DNA of 63,890 nt, counting the filler, from Hyphochytrium catenoides (Eukaryota > Protista > Hyphochytriomycota), in the NCBI GenBank assembly GCA_900088475.1. It is 11 parts of 11 records of this genome, joined end to end, with 100 filler letters (N's around TTAATTAATTAA, not from the genome) between each part and the next. Parts side by side here need not be neighbours in the genome. Positions count along the whole stretch, not along the records: positions 1 to 1,244 come from FLMG01004586.1; positions 1,345 to 9,700 come from FLMG01002462.1; positions 9,801 to 11,454 come from FLMG01002517.1; 8 more parts are not named here. One strand, 5' to 3'. The position numbers and the translations under genes are program-made. The notes beneath the pieces are model-generated. The model was not told where the DNA came from and searched no databases. It saw nothing but the letters and a program-made list of their open reading frames with translations. Each line of letters opens with the position of its first letter. The first letter of the stretch is position 1. This document shows, one piece after another, positions 1 to 11,395 of the stretch.

Positions 1-32
1 GAGAGAGAGAGAGAGAACAAGCTAGGCCTTAC

Positions 33-333
33 CTCAATATTCGCTTTTGGATATCTCTGTTCTTCTGGGAATGGTTCGTTGTGAGAGAAAGCGGAAGGAC
101 TTGGAGAGGAAGAGAGAGAGAGATCCACACTGTGGGATGACGCCATGCTCTCTGCAGAAGACTAGGAGAGAGATGGGGAAGAGAGTATAAGGAGAAAAGA
201 GAGAGAGAGAGAGAGAGACAGAGAGAGGGAGAGCAGGATTTGATTAGGAGAGTTCTTCCAGAGAGAAGAGAGACAGGAAAGAGGAAAGAGAGATAAACGG
301 AGAAGAAGAGAGAGAAATAACGACGCTAAGAGA

Positions 334-374
<41 letters not shown>

Positions 375-819
375 GAAGAGAGAGAAAGAGAGAGAGAGCA
401 CATACCTCGTCTTCTTCTATCAAGTTGAATGCTCCGAAGCCCAAGATGACCAGGAACAAGAAGACGACGATGTAGAGAAAAAGAAGAGAGACACCGGGAC
501 ACAGCACAGACTCGACGTCCTCTTCTTCTGCAAAGTATAGAGGCTAAGGAGAGAGAGAGAGAGAGAGAGAGANNNNNNNNNNNNNNNNNNNNNNNNNNNN
601 NNNNNNNNNNNNNNNNNNNNNNNNNNNNNNNNNNNNNNNNNNNNNNNNNNNNNNNNNNNNNNNNNNNNNNNNNNNNNNNNNNNNNNNNNNNNNNNNNNNN
701 NNNNAGAGAGAGGGAGAGAGAGAGAGAGGAAGAGAGACATGACTGGGTTCTTACGTGGTCTATTTCAGAGTTTGTTGGTTCTACAGATTCCTGCCTTTCC
801 TCTGTTTCTTTCTTTGTCA
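33..819 (-). CDS. Fragmentary multi-exon gene, probable single-pass membrane protein of unknown function
   Basis: Candidate exons MTKKETEERQESVEPTNSEIDH|gtaag, ...VLCPGVSLLFLYIVVFLFLVILGFGAFNLIEEDE|gtatg (one TM) and a third exon ending gag|gtaag near 33. Phases cannot be resolved across the N gap. Confidence 0.4.
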
Positions 820-939
820 TTTCTCTCTCGTTGCTTTCAACTGCCAACGCTCCCTGCTAAATGAAAGAGAAGGAGGGAGAAAGAGAGAGAGAGAGAGAGA
901 GGAAGGGCGGGGAGGCAATGCGTGTGCGTGTGTGTGTGA

Positions 940-989
<50 letters not shown>

Positions 990-1244
990 GAGGGGAAGAA
1001 GAGTCGGACAGAACTGTAAGAGAGAAGATCAAGACATGAAAATGGGAAAAGAGAGAGAGAGAGAGAAGAAGTTTATAGGCAGAGGTAGCGAGGGAGAGAA
1101 AGTTATATATAGGTGAAGACAGAGGTAGAAAGAGATAGAAGAAAGAGCCAGAACGAGGGACAGAATTGGGGAGAGAAAAAGGTGATAAAAAAGAGAGAGA
1201 AAGAGGACAGAGAGAGAGAGAGAAAGAAAGAGAGAGAGAGAGAG

Positions 1245-1344
1245 NNNNNNNNNNNNNNNNNNNNNNNNNNNNNNNNNNNNNNNNNNNNTTAATTAATTAA
1301 NNNNNNNNNNNNNNNNNNNNNNNNNNNNNNNNNNNNNNNNNNNN
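1245..1344. other. Artificial contig spacer (Ns + ttaattaattaa + Ns); same spacer at 9701-9800, 11455-11554, 33544-33643, 36673-36772, 40391-40490, 42517-42616, 47184-47283, 56372-56471, 60988-61087
   Basis: Ten identical 100-nt blocks carry the six-frame-stop palindrome ttaattaattaa, and genes are cut off at them. Confidence 0.97.
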
Positions 1345-1376
1345 CTCTCTCTCTCTCTCTCTCTCTTTCCTCTTCA

Positions 1377-2530
1377 CTATTTCGACGAATCCACAGTTTT
1401 TGACTGCTGTTGAGACACCGTCGTTGGTCTCACAGAAGAAGAGCCATTTGCACTGCTGGCGGCCGACGAGGGCTGGAGATACCTGGCAAATAACAGGCGA
1501 ACCATGGCGAGACAGGCGTCGGAGAGCAGCCAAGAGACAAAGGGAAAGATGCCCATGTCTCTCTCTCTCACTGTGGCAATCAGCAGGATACTGAAGAGAA
1601 CAAAGGCAAAATGACAGAGAGAGAAAGCGTTCACATATCTCGCGATGCGCTGCCCTAACTCTATGAGAGAGACAGTCTGGGATTTCAGAAGTAAGCCGCT
1701 CAGTCCTCTCTCGGCCTGCCAGAGAATCAAACCAAAGGCAAAGCCCGCAAAGCAAGTGATGGACTGAGACGCAACGTCGATTCCCATAGATTTGAAGGCT
1801 AAATAAGCGGCGGGGATGAAGAGAGAGAGAGAGTACACGGCGACTTTTAGCGCCTTAAGCCCTGGAATGTCTGTGTTTGCCTTCATCATGCTGCTGCTTC
1901 GGATGAAGACTTCTCTCCAGATAAACAGCATTATCGCGTCTGCTACGAGGAAAGAGACACCGTTGACGGCGTGGAAGAGTGGGCGGAACACTGTGTGAAA
2001 CCAGTAACTGTCATCCACGAGATAGAGAGTGAGAAAGACAGAGCTTTCTGCCAGAAATGCGAAGAGACATCCGAGCTGATTGAAGCCTAAGATTAACTGC
2101 TTGGCCCTTTGTTGCTGGTGATTCGTGGGCGAGCGGTGCGAGGAAGGAGAGGGAGAGAGAGAAGAAGAGAGAGGATCTTTCTTTCTCTTCTTCTCTCTCC
2201 AGCCGCTGAGAGTGAGAAAGAGCTGGACGTTGTACGTTGCTGTGAAGAGGTACAAAAGAAGCAACAGAGATACCAGCACTATCAGGACATAGGATTGCTG
2301 GGCAGGGAGANNNNNNNNNNNNNNNNNNNNNNNNNNNNNNNNNNNNNNNNNNNNNNNNNNNNNNNNNNNNNNNNNNNNNNNNNNNNNNNNNNNNNNNNNN
2401 NNNNNNNNNNNNNNNNNNNNNGAGGCAGAGGAATAGAGAGGATAAAACAAGAGAGAGAGAGAAGCAAAGAGGGTGTCATGTCAATAATAGTGGCTACCAT
2501 CTTCCAACCTGTTGGCAGCACATCTGCCAT
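1377..2530 (-). CDS. Orphan ~7-TM membrane protein (GPCR-like / TOM1-THH1-GPR137-like), apparently intronless, N-terminus interrupted by an N gap
   Basis: About 300 aa of non-repetitive ORF with about 7 hydrophobic segments, including SFLVADAIMLFIWREVF, and a Ser-rich tail. The probable start is MADVLPTGW at 2530. Confidence 0.7.
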
Positions 2531-2893
2531 CTTTAAGAATCTTTGATGCATCTCTCTCTCTTCTCTTTCCCTACTTTCGTAGTCTCTTCGTCTTCTCTCT
2601 CTCTCTCTCTCTTCCTCCCCTTTCTTCTCTATACTCTCCAGCAGTCACGTACCGGGCCTCCTCCCGCGCATTGCTCAGTCTCTTCTCTTTTATAAAAGCC
2701 ATAGTATGTGGAGCAAGCGCAGATTCCTGAGGAAGAGAGAGAAAGAGAAGAAGAAGCTTCTCTCTCTTCTCCTTGTCGACGGCTATAGCAGTCATTATAC
2801 GCCGCGCTGCAGCGGCTGTTGACCCAAAGATTGCACTCTTCTCCAGCCATTTCTCTGTTCCCTTTCCTCGACTGCTACTTCTTAATTTATTAT

Positions 2894-2935
<42 letters not shown>

Positions 2936-3182
2936 AGTCACTGTCGTTCCTCTTCTCTCTCTTTCTCTCTCTTGTTCTGTCTGTCTCCGTTATGAGAGAT
3001 TGGAAGGCCAACGAGCCAGTGAGAGTGATGGAAGGAGAAGAGCGGACCGAGATGATCACAAAGCCGGCAAGGAACAACCGGAAGAGAAGAAAGACCAACG
3101 AAGAGAGGAAAAAGCGAGACAACATCAGCGGTGAAAGGCTCGACAACAAACGTGAGGAGGAAGAAAAGGAGAGTGAGATAAA

Positions 3183-3220
<38 letters not shown>

Positions 3221-3895
3221 ACAGAGAGAGGGACAAGAGGGACAGAGAGAGAGAGATAAAAGAGAGAGAGAGCAGCGTAGCTAATAGCTTATCCTGCATT
3301 ATCCGGAAAGTGCCAGTCACTGACCAGTAGAAGCTCCTAAAGGGGAGCAAACACCTATCGTCGTATTCTTCTTCTCTATCTTGCTTGGTTGTACTCTGTC
3401 TTTGCTCTCTCTCTCTCTTTCTTCCTCTCTTTTTAATCCTACCCATCTCTTTCTACTACTACCGTCGCACCCTCATCACTCTCCTTTTGTTCTAATTCCA
3501 TCTTCTCTCTCTCCGTCATCCTTCAGTGCTTGTTAGCTCTCTCTCCCTCTCTCTCTCTCTCTCTTCTTGCTCTCTTCTCTTTCCACAGTACATTGTCTCT
3601 TCTGTCCCTTTCTTCCCTTTCAACAACCTTATTACCACTCTCAAACCTCCTCCTTTTCTTCCTCTTCTTCCTTTGCGGTTTCTTCTCTTCTCTGTTTCTT
3701 TTGGCTCTCTTTCTCTGTGTGCCTCTATCCTTCTTCTCTCCCTCTCTCTCTTCTTCTTTGGATGATTCTCTTTCTCTCCTCCTTTCGTCTCTCCTGCGCT
3801 AAAGGTTACTGCTGCTCTTGGGGACTGGAGATGACTAATCAGAGCCATGGCGGGATCCTCCTGCAGCAGGGAGGAAGACTGAGGTCGTGGCCTGC

Positions 3896-3926
<31 letters not shown>

Positions 3927-6900
3927 TCTCTCTTCCTCTCTTCGTGTTCTTCCCTTCTTCTCTCTTCTTCTACTGCTTCTGCTCTTCCTCATCATCGCTT
4001 CTCTCCTTAGCCGGGGGGGGAAGAATGAAGAGTCGCTGTCTTTCCTCTTGCGTTCCTCCTTTGTCTCTCCTTTCTTCTTCTTCTCCTCCTTTCCTCACGC
4101 TCTCTTTCTCACACCTTGTTAGTGTGCTATCTTCTGTCTGTCGTTTGTCGGCCTCATTCTCTTCCCGTTTTATAGGCCCTGGTCTGACTAAGCGAGAGAG
4201 GGAGAAAAGTGGTCTTTATAATCGTCTGTCTTTTCTCTAACTCTGTCTCTCTCTCCTTCTTATTGTCTTTTCCAATACTCGTTGTCGGTCTCTTCTTCCC
4301 CATGCGAGAGCGTCTCTCCCTCTCTCTCGCTCTCCCTCTCTCTTTCTCTCTCTCTCCCTCCTCTCTCTCCCTCCTCCTCCTTCTCTCTCNNNNNNNNNNN
4401 NNNNNNNNNNNNNNNNNNNNNNNNNNNNNNNNCCCCTCTCTCTCCCTCTCTCTCTCTCTTTTTCTCTCTCTCTCTTTCTCTCTCTCTCTTTCCTATCCCA
4501 GCGGGAACGGTTGCTACCAGCTGGCAAGGGACGTTCAGGCTGGGTGGGGACCAGTGCTGAGAATGTCTGTCCGTACTTTTGTTAGTAATTGGGCGCCCAC
4601 CCACCTTGAAACAGTAGTGCAACTGTATTACAGTTATCAAACCCGTTCGGTCAGCAGCCAGACGAGCAAACTGCAACTGAACCTTCTCTCTTCTCTCTCT
4701 CTCTCTCTCGTCTTCTCGCTCCTGTCTCTCTCTCTCTCAATCAAATCTCTCCCTCCTCCTCCTCCTCTCGTCCCGCCCCTCTCATTTGGCCATTCTTCTC
4801 TGCGCCTCTGATTTGTAGGAGCTTCTTCTTTGTCTTGGTAGAATAAATCAACAGAAGAAGAAGTCATTATTACTCCGGAGTAGAAAAAAAGTGTTTCTAA
4901 CTCTTCTTCTTCTTTCTTCCTTCTTCTGGGACCGTCCTCTTCTTCTCTTCCTCTTCCCAACCACCAGTAGAACTCGACACCGCTGTCTCGTTCTCCTCTC
5001 TCCGTCCCATTCCTTCTGTCTCTTCCTGCCGTCATCCTGCTCATTTTTATAAATCTTGTCCCGACTATAATGCTGACCATCTTGCACCATCCTCTCTTCT
5101 CTCTCCTCCTCATCTCTCTTCTTCCCATGTTCGTCTTCTATTATCTCCATCTTTCTCTTCTTGTTTGCCTGGTCTCAATCTTTCCATAAGTAATATATTC
5201 TTCCTCCACTCCTTCTCCCTCTCCCTCCTCTCGATACCCTCTTTCTGCCTTTCTGGGGTAGTGGCCACCCAGACAGAGCGGCGAGGAGCAGAAGAAAGAG
5301 GGGAAGACAGAAGAGAAGAGAGACGAAGAGGAGACGATGAGTCCATCGCTCCTCACCCTTCTTCTTGGAATTTTGTCGTTATCACCTCTTCTTCTCCTTC
5401 TCGTGGCGTCTCGCTGGCGCGTAGGAGGTGTTTTCCTTCTTGCAAGAGAGGGGTCGGCAGGAGAGAAAGAGACAAGAAGATCAAGGGAGGAAATAAGATG
5501 GAGAGAGCAGCAAGCAAAAAGGAGAGAAAATCGAGAAGGTGATGGGAAGAGAGAAGAGAAAAAGTGGGTGAAGCATAATATATATAATGATGATGTTGCG
5601 AAGAAGGAGCAGGAGAGAGAGAAACATAAGCGGGAAAAGAAAACGAGTTCGAGCGTGGCAAGGGAAGTAATAAGAGAGACACCCTAGGAGAGAGAATAGT
5701 ATGCTGTGCTTGGTTGCCCAGGGGAAGACAAAAAAAGGAGAGAGAGAGAAAGAAGAGAGAATGGCAGACAGAGGCGATTAGCGGGCAAATCAGCGGAGAA
5801 GAAAGGACAAAAAACGAAGTAGAGCAGGAGAGAAGAGGCACACATGGCTGTCACATCCTCCTCCATCTTGCCTGTCTGATGAAGCTTTTCTTGCCGCACA
5901 ACAAGAGAAAATTACGGAAAGGAGAGAGAAGCAGAGAAAAGAGAAGGAGAAGCGAGAAGAAAGGGGAATAGGAGACGTTGACCTCTCTTCTTGAAGTGAA
6001 ACAAGTGAACTTTCCGATATTTGAAATCAGCCTTGTTATCCGACTCTCTAGCCTTTTGTCCTCCGTAGCAAACAGCCCATTGGCCATTTCCAAGTTCCTG
6101 GCGTGCTTTTGCTTTACTTCCTGTCATCCCTTTCTCTCTTTGTTATGATGACTCGCCCGCCCAGTGGGTGCTAAATATCCTGGTCAGAGTCCGTCACAGT
6201 GACTCTTCTTCCTCGTGTTCTGAACATGCGTAGAGCTCTTACCTCAGTTGTATGACGCGGTGGTGTCTCTGATATATTGGAAGGACTGACCTGCCTCGCC
6301 GTCTCCAGACTAGATCCTAGGGTAACCGGCTCCTCTGGCCAGCTATTGGCAATCCCTTATGCGTTGTACGGACGGCCACCAAGGGTTTCCATCTCCTGGG
6401 CACTGAACAAAAGCACTTCTGAAATAGGAACAAGTCATCTCCTGATTTAGTCTCTGGTCTTCTTTCTCTCTCTGCTGACGGTCGTGTCGCACGCAAGTGA
6501 AGGAGAAGCAGCCTGGAGTCCTCCTCTATTCAAGCTTAAAAGATCGACGTGATGGACCTATCGTCCGTCTCTGGAGCGCTCGGCCGATGTAGGGAGTGAT
6601 GCCCTGATGATGAGCGGAGCCGGACGCACTGCTTGGGCGCGCTATCTCTTACACCGCTGCTGGGTGTCGTCTACTCCACTCGCTGCCGGGGATGCCGCTA
6701 TGGCTCTCTTCTGTGTTGCACTAGGATTTAGGTAGAGTGGCAGAGAAAAATCTGTTGTCTAAGGAGAGTTCCTAGGGGACCGATGCGGTTTGAGCCGAAG
6801 TAGCAGCGGGATGCTGATGTAACGAGAAGAAGACCAAGAGATGCACTCGTAACCGATAGCCCGCAGCGCACGCCCGACAGAGAGGGGATCGGATGGGTTG

Positions 6901-7510
6901 TTGCAGTTGGGAGCACGACTGAGCGCAAAGGTGTTGCCTTTCCCCCAGCTCACCGCTCCTGTCGCGTCGACCGCAGTGGAGGTGGTTGCTTACAATTCCG
7001 TCTTTCCGGCAGAAATTCTTCACGGAAAAGCGTGGTATATGCGTGTCATCCGCGAGATAGAACCATATACTCCTCTGAACCTTGCGCCAGCGCTACGGCC
7101 AGGAGGTTTGTGTTTAACGAGGAAGGCGCTCACGAGGAGGAGGGCGAATCTCCTCTCTGGGCCAATGATTGGTTATGATTTCCGCTTTTACCACGACAAA
7201 TACCGCTCATCATCTATCTCTATGTACTCCTCTCTTCTGTGTCTCTCTCAATCCTCGATGAAGCTATACTCCTTCCTCACACTCTCCCTCACTTCGTTCT
7301 GTTTTGTCCTTGCTAATAAGGTGCTAATAAGATTGTTATTCAATCAAAAAGTTTGATTCTATAGTAAAGTCCTCCGAATCACCTTATTAAGAAGCTTCCT
7401 TCGCGAACGCTTCGTCAGAGCTGACGACTGGCCAGCCGAAGCAAAGAACCTGGCTAACCTTCCTCACTCTATCTATCTCTTCCTCTATAATAACAGTCAG
7501 GCCTAAGCTC

Positions 7511-7570
7511 TCGAAATTTTTCCGTTTTGATCTTCCTCGTTCGAAATTTTTCCGTTTCGAACTTCCTCGT
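7511..7570. repeat. 30-bp tandem duplication (tcgaaatttttccgtttYgaWcttcctcgt x2)
   Basis: Two adjacent copies with 2 mismatches. Confidence 0.9.
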
Positions 7571-8942
7571 TCCCTTTCACTTCTATCCCTCCCGAGCCCA
7601 GACGTGGTCCTTGTTAGCCTTTCTTAGTCAGCGCAGCCTTTGGGCGATTAGTCCCAGTGTCCGTTCTTAGAACTTCATGTAGATACAGCTTCACCANNNN
7701 NNNNNCACTGTTCATCTTCTACAACTGACTATTACTCTGGCTAAGTTTCCTACTGCCCAGTCAGGGGGTTAGCTCACAAGGGACTACTACTGCTTCAGTG
7801 CTCCTACTACTAGGCTTGCCCCCTACACCTACCAAGGGCACACATAGTTCTCACAGATCTTACTAAGTTGCATCGCTGCCAGCCTTCCGTTGCTAGGAGC
7901 TTCAGCAGTAGCCAGTCCTTTGCCTTACAGCCAGCAGACAGTGCGGGATAAGGCGCAGGGCAACAACTACTACTACAGCACACTTACAGTCCTTCCCTCT
8001 GTCTCCAATTCTGGTGCCTTCCGCTCTCTCGTCCTCATCTCTTGTTCTCTCCCCAACGCTTGCTCTTTTTTCCTTCTCTTGCTCTCTTCTCGCAACTTGC
8101 CCTCTCGTCGCTCTAGCTAACCTTATAAACCAAACAAAGAACAATCGGTGGTGCTACTTTCAATGCCCCGGTCTGGGCCAAATTAGTTGGTTTTTATTAG
8201 AAGAAAGAATGAAGCTGAACGCAATGCAATTGAAAAAGAAAAGAAGAGAAAGAACAGTAAGAAGCCCTTTCCTTTCATGTGGTCCTGCAGCACCAGAGAG
8301 AAGAGTTTTAGACAGCCAATATCTCCAGTCATTCTCTCCCCACCTCCTCGCCCATACGTCGTTTCCTCCCTTCATAGTTTACTTTCACTCTCGGTCTCTA
8401 ATAAGGGGGGACCAGACGAGTCCAAAGAAGCAAAAGAAAAAGGAGCATCATGGTTGGTGCAGCACTCTGAATGGTCGGGCTCTCGTGCCGGTGCTTAATT
8501 CCCGTCGCATTTGTTGTCCTACAGTGAATGGGGTGACCTATGATGGTTGAGTCTATTAGAGAGATGTAAGGAGCAGCAGTTATGAATCCTCCCTACTACC
8601 ACCAGAGACCAACCATGTGCGTCATAATGTTGCGGAGGTAAAGCGTTAATGAAGATGTTGCCCTCTGGTGGTAGGGCAGACCGATAGCGGTTTCAGAACA
8701 ATCAAGAAGAGATCAAGCCTCGGCGCCATCATCTCAGTAGTAATCCGTTGACTGATAGGGATTGTCGCATAGTGTCGCGTCCACCCACATCCGAGCCAAG
8801 AGTTTTTGGTCCTTTCACTTATCCTTACTCTTTACTCTTAAATGGTGTATCCGCTCTCCTCGGAAGGAGAATAAGAGATTAGGTGAGCACTCTGAAGCAC
8901 TTAGCTGAGCGCTGGAGTGATGACCTTGTCCTGTCGCATACA

Positions 8943-9700
8943 ATGACATCAAAGGAAGGCGGAGTTCATCCGCACAATATCGCTGTTCTACGCAGCAAGG
9001 ACCAGTATCTATCTGGTCAAGCCGGGTACGAAGTTACCTAGATGAGTTAGACCTCCTCGTCCACATCGAGGTTGAGAGTCAGACACTGATGGCTGATGAC
9101 AAAGATCCGCTCACCTGTAAGGATATCACGGAGACTAGCAAGAGAAACTGGAAGAAGAATAATCGGAAGACAATCAACAAACTGGTTCCACTTGTGTCTG
9201 ATGAGCTCCTGTCGCTGCTGGCAGGACAACGATCAGCCTACGCGGGGTGGATTAAGTGCAGGAGCAGATGGACGGAAGAGAAGGGGACAAGGTCCTCAGG
9301 CGCCTTCAGGAGATCACCAACTTAAGGTTTGATTCTGGAGGCACCACCTCTCTGAGATCCCACCTGACCACCCTGAAACAGAGAACAGACGCTCTAAAGA
9401 GTATCTTCGAAAGGAGAAAGAAGAAAGAGGACCAGCAGGACATTTATGAGACAATCCTGATCTCTCCACAATTCTCCCCAAAGCCTGCCTCAGCAACTTA
9501 GGACCCTAGTAAAAGCAATACTCAGCAACTTAGTGCGCTCTTAGCTGCTCTTATATCCTCCACTTCTTCTTCACCGGGAGATCTATCAGGAAATCTAGCA
9601 GTTGACATTAAGGGCGAAGAGCTAACTCCTGGGGAATTCATTTCTAGGGAAACTTGCGAATCTGGCCCTTTTAGGAATATTATCTATGGAGTTGTGGGAG
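8943..9700 (+). mobile_element. Decayed Ty1/copia LTR-retrotransposon gag (DUF4219 + Retrotran_gag_2/UBN2-like), with two frameshifts and an in-frame TAG
   Basis: Joined frames read MTSKEGG..IAVLRSKDQY/IWSSRVRSYLDELDLLVHIE..WKKNNRKTINKLVPLVSDELLSLLAGQRSAYAGWIK/QEQMDGREGDKVLRRLQEITNLRFDSGGTTSLRSHLTTLKQRTDAL, the typical copia gag pattern. Frameshifts are near 9009 and 9256, the TAG is at 9499, and the contig end truncates it. Confidence 0.75.
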
Positions 9701-11053
9701 NNNNNNNNNNNNNNNNNNNNNNNNNNNNNNNNNNNNNNNNNNNNTTAATTAATTAANNNNNNNNNNNNNNNNNNNNNNNNNNNNNNNNNNNNNNNNNNNN
9801 ATCTGTGACAAAATGGACAGAGGGAGCGAACAGACAGAGAGAGAAGAGGAGAGAGAGAAAAAGAGAGAGAAGAAAGAGAGAGAAGAAAGAGAGAGAGAGA
9901 AGGCCACAGCGGAGGGAGGAGAAGATGGAGGCCATCCCTGTTCAGATGCCTGCCAAATAGTGGACGCAGCGGGGCAGCCAAAGAGAGAGACAGCAGAATG
10001 ACACAGAGAAGGCTGACAAGCGCCTTCTACTTCAGGTACTGAGAAAGCTCCGTCCCGGCCTATTGGGAGAAGCTCCCGACTATAGCAAAATAGAGGAACG
10101 ACCCGGTCTTACCCTGGTGCACAGGACGCGCTATTGGAGCCGCTGGCGGAGGCATTGGCAGTATGAGCCCTGTAGATGCCTTTCAAATTCCTTGGAGCCT
10201 ATTTCTTCGCTTGAACTTGAGCTCTGTCTCTTCGTCTAAAACTTTCGGTCAGCCTCAAACGCCACCGCTAGAGTTCGTCATCAAGATCAAAACGCGCTAG
10301 AAGAGCAGTGGCAAGATAACAGAGAAGCGGGAGAGCGTCGCACCGTCGCTTTATGAGGAACAAGACCCAGCAGTGAGAGAGAGAGAGAGAGAGAGAGAGC
10401 GCGCGAGACAGAGAGAGAAAGAGAAAGAGAAGAAGAGTTGCCGCTGACAGTTGCCGCAGACGAAGCTCTTGTTCCTCTGTCTCCTCAGCCATTCCTCTGC
10501 TCTAGGGCTTTAAGCTTCTCAAAAAAGAAAGAATCAGTTATGTAATAGAACTATTATTTTATAGGTTTTCTATAAAACAGATGAAAGCGATGAACCACGT
10601 AAATGGCTGACTTGTCTAGACTTTTATCCGAGTTAACTCCTAAATAATGTGTCTATGACTCACGTCAATAAATCGCGCATTCAGTACCTTTAATGCACCT
10701 TCTCGTGGGGATGATGGGTGATCAGAAGCCATCAACTTTCCGTCTCTTCAACCATCTTCAGCCTTATAAAAAGCCCTTACAGATAGAGAAAGAGAAAGAG
10801 AGAGAGAGAGAGAGAGCGAAAGAGAGAGAGAGAGAGAGAGAGAGCGAAAGAGAGAGAGAGAGAGAGAGCGAGCGAGAGAGAGAGAGAGGATGGCAGAGAG
10901 ATAGGGGACATACAGAGGAGAGAAAAGAGCAAGCAAGAGAGGAGACTGGGACGGCAACAGGGCATGAGCTAGGAAGTTATTGTTGCAGGAAGACGAAGAC
11001 TGTGACATTTGACACGCAGCTTGCCCCAGGAAACTTTCCAAACGTCAAGCACC

Positions 11054-11395
11054 ATGCAAAGCCTCCGACTGCTCTCCTCTTTGAGCCGAAAGAGACGTCT
11101 GCTGCCATCCTCATCCTATAGACAACTACCTTTCTCCTCTCTATCAGGAAGAGAGCCATGGCAAAGAGAGAGAGAACTTACTGGAAGCAAGAAGAGAGTT
11201 GTGGTGGGCCTTTCAGGAGGCGTAGACTCTTCTGTGGCAGCCCTTCTGCTCCTCCGCGCGGGATACGAGGTCGTGGGGCTGCATATGAGGAGTTGGGATC
11301 GAGGAGACGAGTTGGGAGAGAGCGTTTGCACGGCAGATGAAGAGTTCGGAGAAGTCCAAGAGATATGCAAAGTGCTAGGAATTGTGTGTCACAAG
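11054..11395 (+). CDS. mnmA: Mitochondrial tRNA-specific 2-thiouridylase MnmA/TRMU, exon 1 only
   Basis: An Arg/Ser/Leu-rich presequence precedes [20 protein letters not shown] (PP-loop SGGVDS), then [13 protein letters not shown] and the catalytic-region Cys (VCTADEEF). The donor aag|gtgag is at 11396. Confidence 0.93.

Noticed and set aside
1289-1300. Recurrent palindrome ttaattaattaa as a biological repeat or insertion site
   Set aside because: It is always centred in a 100-nt N block and is an assembly concatenation linker. Genes on different pieces are therefore not neighbours, and no cross-spacer cluster is claimed.
8596-8678. 12-bp inverted repeat ctaccaccagag/ctctggtggtag with a 55-nt loop
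   Set aside because: It is a single stem with no supporting inner structure or second copy, which is compatible with chance.
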